A stretch of 64,000 bases of DNA from Nitriliruptorales bacterium (GTDB lineage Bacteria > Actinomycetota > Nitriliruptoria > Euzebyales > JAHELV01). Under the pieces are notes generated by a model. It did no database searches. It saw only the letters and a list, made by a program, of their open reading frames with translations, and was not told the DNA's origin. Positions 56,147 through 64,000 of the stretch are shown here, one piece after another. The stretch spans positions 45,703 to 109,702 of the forward strand of contig JAHELV010000004.1 of the NCBI GenBank assembly GCA_024644015.1, written 5' to 3'. The translations under genes and the position numbers were made by a program. Each line of letters opens with the position of its first letter. Positions within the stretch are counted from its first letter, which is position 1.

Positions 56147-57402
56147 TCGTCATCCTCGTCGGCGCGACGCTCGACGAGCACCTGCCAGATGCGCCGACCT
56201 CGGACCTGCTCGGCCGTCAGCTGGATCCCGTCGACCGCGACGCGCTCGCCCGGCGTCGCGATGTGACCCAGCATGCCGAACAACAGGCCACCGACGGTGT
56301 CCCACTGGTCGTCGGGCAGCCGGGTATCGACGAGCTCGGCCAGGTCACCGACCGGCAGTCGGGCGTCGACCCGCCACCGCTCGCCGTCGAGGACCTCGAC
56401 GAGCGGCAGCTCCTCGTCGTACTCGTCGACGATCTCGCCCACCAGCTCCTCGAGGATGTCTTCGATCGTGACGAGACCGACCGTGGCACCGTACTCATCG
56501 ACGACCACGGCCATGTGGACCTGCTGGGCCTGCAGCTCGCGAAGCAGCTCCTCGACATTCTTGAGCTCCGGTACGACCAGCGCCGCTCGCATCAGGTCGG
56601 TCCACTGCTTGATCTCGCCGGTGTGCAGCAGCGCCAAGATGTCCTTGGCGTAGATGATCCCCTCGATCTCGTCGCGATCGTCTCCGTGCACGGGAATGCG
56701 GGAGTGGCCGGCGCGAAGGATCACGTCGACGACCTCGTCCAGCGGCGCGTCGGCGGCGACGGCGACCATGTCGGGACGCGGCACCATCACCTCGCGTACG
56801 ACGGTGTCGCCAAGATCGAACACCGCACTCAGCATGGCATGCCGCGATGCCGACAGCGTGCCTTCGGAGCCGGCGACGTCCACCAGGTCGCGCAGGTAGT
56901 CAGTCGTCACGACGAGCACCGGCTCGTCAGAGTCCCCGGGGGTGACCGTGCTCCCCAGACGGCCGATCAGGCGGGCGAACGGACCGAACACGACAACCGG
57001 CAGGCGGACGACGCGCGCGAGCCGGACGGCCACGCGCTCGGGACGGGCGCCCACGACACCGGCGGGCACGACATCGGCGGCCAGATACAACGTCAGCACC
57101 GCCAGGAGGGCGCCGAGGGTCAGTCCGGCCACTCCGCCGATCAGGTCGAGACCTACCGCGGCGAGCACGACAACGTATGCGCCCCGCAGCATGGTCGTCA
57201 GCAGTGACAGCACCGCGAGCGTCTGCGGTAGCGCGCTGACCAGTTGCAGCAACGTATCGGCGCCCGGCATGTCGTCGGCGTCCAGCTTCTCTGCGCGGGG
57301 GGCACTGATCCGCGCCACCGCCGTCTTCGCCGTCTCGAATACGCCGGTGAAGATGAGCAGCAAGGCCGCGAACGCCAGGACGAGCCACAACTGGGTGGTC
57401 AT
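56143..57402 (-). CDS. DUF21-CBS pair-CorC/HlyC domain membrane protein (TlyC/CorC family)
   Basis: N-terminal 4-TM DUF21, tandem CBS domains (VMVPRPDMV..., HSRIPV), and a C-terminal CorC_HlyC domain. Confidence 0.9.
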   Translation of the reverse strand: MTTQLWLVLAFAALLLIFTGVFETAKTAVARISAPRAEKLDADDMPGADTLLQLVSALPQTLAVLSLLTTMLRGAYVVVLAAVGLDLIGGVAGLTLGALLAVLTLYLAADVVPAGVVGARPERVAVRLARVVRLPVVVFGPFARLIGRLGSTVTPGDSDEPVLVVTTDYLRDLVDVAGSEGTLSASRHAMLSAVFDLGDTVVREVMVPRPDMVAVAADAPLDEVVDVILRAGHSRIPVHGDDRDEIEGIIYAKDILALLHTGEIKQWTDLMRAALVVPELKNVEELLRELQAQQVHMAVVVDEYGATVGLVTIEDILEELVGEIVDEYDEELPLVEVLDGERWRVDARLPVGDLAELVDTRLPDDQWDTVGGLLFGMLGHIATPGERVAVDGIQLTAEQVRGRRIWQVLVERRADEDDE

Positions 57403-57848
57403 CGCGCTCGACCGCCTGCGGCGGTGAACTCGGCGAGAAGCGCAGCAGTCAGCCCGAACATCCGTGTGCGCTCAGCATCGGCGACGTGATCGTGGCCGAG
57501 CAGATGCAGGATGCCGTGAACGACCAGCAGGTCGATCTCGGCCGTTGGCGTGCAGCCGCGCCCGGCCGCCTGGTCGATCGCGACCCGTGGACACACGACG
57601 ACGTCGCCGAGCAGTCCGGGCACCCCCTCAGTTGCCTCGTCGACGCCGTCGATGGGGAACGCCAGCACGTCCGTGGGACCTGTGCCCGCCAGATGGTGTT
57701 CGTTGAGATCGCGGATTCGCGCCACGTCCACGCACGTGATCGCCAGCTCGAGCTCGGGTGGCACGTCGAGGCGCGCCAGAACGTACCGCCCGAGTCGCTC
57801 GAGCCGATCCTGGTCGACAGGGTCGGTCTGCTCGTCGATGACGCGCAC
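57399..57848 (-). CDS. ybeY: Endoribonuclease YbeY (rRNA maturation factor)
   Basis: TDVLAFP and the HGILHLLGHDH zinc motif. GTG at 57848 (VVRVIDEQ...) was chosen because it aligns with the usual family N-terminus. Upstream in-frame codons were rejected. Confidence 0.85.
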   Translation of the reverse strand: MRVIDEQTDPVDQDRLERLGRYVLARLDVPPELELAITCVDVARIRDLNEHHLAGTGPTDVLAFPIDGVDEATEGVPGLLGDVVVCPRVAIDQAAGRGCTPTAEIDLLVVHGILHLLGHDHVADAERTRMFGLTAALLAEFTAAGGRAR

Positions 57849-57948
57849 GACATGATCCGCGGGGCGCGGGGAGCCAGACGCGCGCGCCGTGGTCGGATCC
57901 TGGACAGCCGCCCCGGTCGCGGGCGGTTGCCCGCGACGTCGGGACGGC

Positions 57949-58974
57949 TCAGGACTGCCGGATACCACCCTCAGTCCCTTCCACCTGGTCGTACCGCTCG
58001 TAGGCTTCGACGATCTGTTGGACGATCCGATGCCGCACCACATCGCGGCCGGTCAGCTCGGCGAACGCCACGCCCTCGATATCGGCAAGCACGTCGCGGA
58101 CCACTCGCAGACCCGACCGTCGGCCGGACGGCAGATCCACCTGCGTGACGTCACCGGTCACGACGGCCCGCGACCCGAAGCCAAGGCGGGTGAGGAACAT
58201 CTTCATCTGCTCGGCCGTGGTGTTCTGGGCCTCGTCGAGCACGATGAAACTGTCGTTGAGCGTGCGTCCACGCATGTACGCCAGCGGCGCTACCTCGATC
58301 GTGCCGCGCTCCATGAGCAGTGTCAGCTGCTCGGCGTCCATCATGTCGTGCAGCGCGTCGAAGAGCGGGCGCAGGTACGGGTCGATCTTCTCGTACAGCG
58401 TGCCGGGCAGGAAGCCGAGGCGCTCGCCGGCCTCGACCGCGGGCCGCGTCAACAGGATCCTGTTGACTTCCTTACGGCGCAGCGCTTCTACGGCCATCGC
58501 CATGGCCAGGTACGTCTTACCGGTACCGGCGGGCCCGATCGAGAACACGACCGTGCTCGATCGCATCGCGTCCAGGTACGCCTTCTGCCCCGGGGTCTTC
58601 GGCCTGATCAGCCGGCCGCGGTGCCGCAACGCGGTGTCGCCAAGCACGTCAGCGGGGCTGACGCCTTCGTCGTCGCGCACCATCTCGATCGTTCCGTGCA
58701 CCAGTGATTCGTCGAGCTCGTAGCCGCGTTCGAGCAGCTTGACGAACTCGTCGAACACCCGCAGGACCTGCTGCGCCTCACCGTCGTGACCCGAGATGGT
58801 GACCTCGTTGCCCCGCACGAGGATCTCGACGGAGAACGCCCGCTCGACGATCCGCAACAGCGCGTCACCCGTTCCCAGCAGTGACAGCATCGAGTGCTCG
58901 ACGGGGATGGAGATCTTGACGCTGGTGGTACCTGGCAACGAGGGCTCTTGTCGGTTGGGCGGTCCTTGGTTCAA
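57949..58974 (-). CDS. phoH: PhoH-like ATPase
   Basis: GPAGTGKTYLAMAMAVEAL Walker A, IVLDEAQN Walker B, and an N-terminal KH-like region. The start is uncertain; the TTG at 58974 was taken to give ~341 aa. Confidence 0.8.
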   Translation of the reverse strand: MNQGPPNRQEPSLPGTTSVKISIPVEHSMLSLLGTGDALLRIVERAFSVEILVRGNEVTISGHDGEAQQVLRVFDEFVKLLERGYELDESLVHGTIEMVRDDEGVSPADVLGDTALRHRGRLIRPKTPGQKAYLDAMRSSTVVFSIGPAGTGKTYLAMAMAVEALRRKEVNRILLTRPAVEAGERLGFLPGTLYEKIDPYLRPLFDALHDMMDAEQLTLLMERGTIEVAPLAYMRGRTLNDSFIVLDEAQNTTAEQMKMFLTRLGFGSRAVVTGDVTQVDLPSGRRSGLRVVRDVLADIEGVAFAELTGRDVVRHRIVQQIVEAYERYDQVEGTEGGIRQS

Positions 58975-59036
58975 GAGTTTAGCCCTGACGTGACGCCGTT
59001 GGAACGTCGGAAACAGCACGCCGACCTCATGGGCGG

Positions 59037-59447
59037 CTACACATCTTCCAGCGCTTCCACCGCCCCGCGGATGGTCCGCGCCGCAGCGTCGAGGTCCTCC
59101 GGCGCGGGGTTGGGATTGGCGTTGCCGAAGTCGAGATCGTTGACGCCGTCGATCGGCACCAGATGGATGTGGACGTGCGGAACCTCCAGGCCGGCGAGCA
59201 TCATGCCGACCTTCGTCGGCTCGTACGCCCGGTGGAGCGCCGCGGCCAGCCGTTGGGCGATGCGCATCAGATGCTCCCATTCCGTGGGAGCCAGATCGAT
59301 CCAGTGATCGACCTCGAGCCGTGGGACGACGAGCGTGTGGCCGGCGCGCAGCGGGTTGACCGACAGGAACGCCACGCAGCGGTCGTCGGTGTACACGAAC
59401 CGACCAGGCAGTTCGCCGTCGATGATGCGAGTGAACACGCTCGGCAT
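59037..59447 (-). CDS. HIT-family (histidine triad) nucleotide hydrolase
   Basis: 136 aa from the ATG at 59447. IIDGELPGRFVY... and the triad HVHIHLVP. Confidence 0.9.
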   Translation of the reverse strand: MPSVFTRIIDGELPGRFVYTDDRCVAFLSVNPLRAGHTLVVPRLEVDHWIDLAPTEWEHLMRIAQRLAAALHRAYEPTKVGMMLAGLEVPHVHIHLVPIDGVNDLDFGNANPNPAPEDLDAAARTIRGAVEALEDV

Positions 59448-59457
59448 GCCAGCGCCC

Positions 59458-59694
59458 TCAGCGCCCGTTGACCGGCGTCGTGGAAACGCTGCCACGATCC
59501 GCCGGTTCGGCGGGCTCCGTCGCGATGGCGCCCGGCCGTTCGTGTGGTGCCCGGCCGCACTCACATTCGCCTGCTGAGCCCGCTGCCTTGCGCGCCATGC
59601 CCAGCGTCGGCAGCACCGTCGTGCCCGGAGGGGTCTCCAGCCGGACCTCGCCACAGCGGGGGCAGATGACCCTGTTCGCGCTTGGACCGCTCAT
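59458..59694 (-). CDS. Hypothetical small Cys-containing (zinc-ribbon-like) protein, 78 aa
   Basis: CPRCG ... CECG pairs. It fits exactly into the gap between the peptidase stop (59701) and the HIT start (59447). GAGGAG lies 11 nt upstream of the ATG. No family recognised. Confidence 0.4.
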   Translation of the reverse strand: MSGPSANRVICPRCGEVRLETPPGTTVLPTLGMARKAAGSAGECECGRAPHERPGAIATEPAEPADRGSVSTTPVNGR

Positions 59695-59700
59695 CGCCTG

Positions 59701-61745
<2,045 letters not shown>

Positions 61746-61746
<1 letters not shown>

Positions 61747-63602
61747 CACGACGGGTCCGGAAAGCTGAGCACCACGAGGTCGCGGGTGGTCCTGGTCAGC
61801 GCGACGTACAGCGCCGCGCCGCCTTCTTCGCGTGCGATGACCTGGGGCGCGACCAGCACGACCGCGTCGAACTCCAGGCCCTTGGCCTGTCGTGGCGTGA
61901 TGATGGCGACGTCGCCGGAGGACAGATCGTCGAACGTACTGGCCAGCGACGGTGGCGCGATGACCGCCAGGGTTCCCGGCGCGTCGATGAGGTCGGCGAT
62001 CCGCTGCTCGACGGTGCGCGTGAGCGACGACGGCGACACCGTCTCGAGGCGGGGCGGACGTCCGCTGTACCTCACCGACCGCGGCGGATGGTGGCGGATC
62101 CCGGTCACGGCAGCCTGCTGCTCGACGAACGTCATCACCTCTGCCGGCGTGCGGTAGTTGACGGTCAGTTCGCGGACGGTCAGCCGGCCCGGCAGGTGGG
62201 GTGCCAAATCGTCCCACGCGTGCAGTGCGGTCGGGCTCATCGCCTGATCGAGATCTCCGACGATGGTCATGGATCCCGCAGGGCAGCGCCGCACGAGCAT
62301 GCGCCACTGCATCGCCGACAGCTCCTGCGCCTCGTCGACGACGATGTGGCCGTACACGTCGTCGCTGCTGGGTTCAACGGGCTGCATCTGCTGGCGCAGC
62401 AGCGCACGTGCCTCGGCGCGGCGGCCCGCGTCGACGCCCAGCATGTCGATCGTCTCGTCGATCCGACCGGCCTCGTCCGTGGCGCGTCCGCCTCGTGGCC
62501 GCCGGCGGTCGACGGCCTCGACCAGGACGTCGAGCAGCGCGACATCCGCGTCGGTCCAGCCGTCGCGCACCGTTCCTGCCAGGGCTTCGATGTCGGCGGT
62601 GGGCAGGACGTCCGACGCCACCTTGCGCAGCAGGTCGTGGTCCGTGAGCAGGACCCGCAGCATCGTGCCCGGCAGGGTCTCCCACTGGTCATCACCTACC
62701 TCCGACCACGGCCAGCGACGGACCAGGCGCCCGAGCACCGTGGCCATGCGAGCGTCGCCTTTGACCCGCTGCAGATCCGCCGACTCGACGAGCGTCGCCA
62801 GGTCATCGCCGAGCAGGTCCACGACGCGCGCCATGCGGACGGCCCGCTCGCCCAGTCCCGGCAGCACGTCACCGATGTAGCGCAGGAACCGCGCGCTGGG
62901 GCCGATGATCAGCACGCCGCTGTGCGCGATGCGCTGTCGGTTGGCGTACAACAGGTACGCGACGCGGTGCAGTGCGACCGCCGTCTTGCCGGTTCCGGGG
63001 CCGCCCTGGACGACCGTCACGCCCTCCAGTGGCGCGCGGATGACTTCGTCCTGCTCACGTTGGACGGTGGCGACGATGTCGCCCATGCGGTCACCACGCG
63101 GACGTGCGACGGCAGCGAGCAGCGCCGCTTCCCCGACCAGTTCGACGTCGCCCGATCCGGCGGCCGCCGCGTCGAGCAGTTCGTCGTCGAGACTGACGAT
63201 CCGGCGGCCACGCATCTGCATGTGCCGCCGTCGACGCAGCCCCATCGGCTCGAGCGGCGTCGCACGATAGAAGGCCGCCGCTATCGGCGCCCGCCAGTCG
63301 ACGACGAGCGTCTCGTACCGGTCGTCGCTGATGCCGAGCCGGCCGATGTGCCAGACTTCGCCGTCCTTCTCGTCGATTCGACCGAACACGAGCCCGTACT
63401 CGGCAGCGTCGATCTGGTCGAGCCGGTGCAGCGTCGACCGGACGAGCGCGTCGCGGTCGTGGCGTGCCTGGTGGGTGCCGCCGCGGCCCTGCGCCAGCAC
63501 CTCGGAAGAGCGCTCCTGCGCCCGCGTGCGCAGCACTTCGAGGCGTGCATAGGCACGATCGACGTGCGCCTGCTCCTGCTGGAGCTCGCTGTCAGTGGTC
63601 AC
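61746..63602 (-). CDS. helD: HelD-like UvrD-family ATPase (RNA-polymerase-associated helicase-like protein, actinobacterial class)
   Basis: N-terminal coiled-coil (LQQEQAHVDRAYARL), LVFGRID..HIGRLGI, LVVDWRAPIAAAFY, Walker A GGPGTGKTAVALHR, DEAQELS. The start is ambiguous (GTG at 63602 or GTG at 63683). Confidence 0.8.
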
Positions 63603-63760
63603 GGCTGGGGCTTTCCCGCTCGCCCCGCGTCGCACCCCTGCACCTTCATTTCGCAGCGGCCAGACCGCCGCAGTAGCAACCACGCAGGACGCAACGACGC
63701 GGCCACGAGCCGACCGTCGTGGTCAGCCGGATGGATGAGGACGTGCGGGACGGTGGACAC

Positions 63761-64000
63761 TCAGCTGCCGAACACACCCCGCAGCCGGTCGAACAGCCCG
63801 CGGTCGGTCGACGTGACTGGTCTGTCCTCACCGCGCAGCTCTGCGAGCTCGTGGACGAGCGCACGTTGCTGCTCGTCGAGAGCGCGGGGGATCTCGACCT
63901 GGCAGTGAACGTAGAGGTCACCGCGCGCGCCGCCGCCGTTGAGTTTGGGCATCCCCGCCCTGCGGACGGTCAGCACCGTGTCGGGCTGCGTGCCCGCGGG
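63761..64000 (-). CDS. dnaJ: Chaperone DnaJ, C-terminal end only (gene continues beyond the window)
   Basis: The frame is open to nt 64000. ...VRRAGMPKLNGGGARGDLYVHCQVEIP..L...Q..L is the typical DnaJ C-terminal domain II and tail. Confidence 0.8.
   Translation of the reverse strand, partial: PAGTQPDTVLTVRRAGMPKLNGGGARGDLYVHCQVEIPRALDEQQRALVHELAELRGEDRPVTSTDRGLFDRLRGVFGS

Overview
This is a visibly very GC-rich, actinobacterial-type chromosomal window (GC not computed). It is almost entirely core and housekeeping genes. I found no CRISPR array, cas gene, transposase, integrase, prophage or recognisable defence or toxin-antitoxin module. Gene content, left to right: an amine-catabolism pair (FAD oxidoreductase, ureohydrolase); a caa3-type cytochrome oxidase operon ctaCDEF plus a membrane cupredoxin; gpgS facing a GH13_18 sugar phosphorylase; a 2-oxoglutarate/glutamate node (gltA, ~1585-aa NAD-GDH, icd) wrapped around a PP2C phosphatase, a YjbQ protein and an ABC1 kinase; a polyprenyl-phosphate pentose cluster (DPPR synthase, dprE1, dprE2) with three polytopic membrane glycosyltransferases; a TetR gene; an ftsH pseudogene; a TPP-riboswitch-controlled thiamine salvage operon; tRNA-Cys, tRNA-Asn and tRNA-Met(CAU); dnaG followed by a sigma-70 gene; glyQS; gluABCD; a deoC/aldehyde dehydrogenase operon; and the conserved dnaJ...phoH-ybeY-CBS-cdd-era-recO-uppS block. 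The most unusual signals are these. (1) A 41-nt tandem repeat between cdd and era encodes a relay of GTGA-coupled 14-codon mini-ORFs, resembling mycobacterial MIRU elements. (2) An HTH/LAGLIDADG-like ORF is wedged between two tRNA genes. (3) The contiguous ubiA-like/dprE1/dprE2/GT-C cluster suggests an arabinan-type glycan or protein-glycosylation system. (4) The oxidase operon is a hybrid: CtaD carries a CtaF-like C-terminal tail and a membrane cupredoxin follows the operon. (5) Several start/stop arrangements are extreme: divergent start codons that overlap, and a 211-bp convergent overlap. Many long ORFs in the track are antisense artefacts of high GC and were rejected. All functional calls rest on motif recognition from memory. 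No database search was run.
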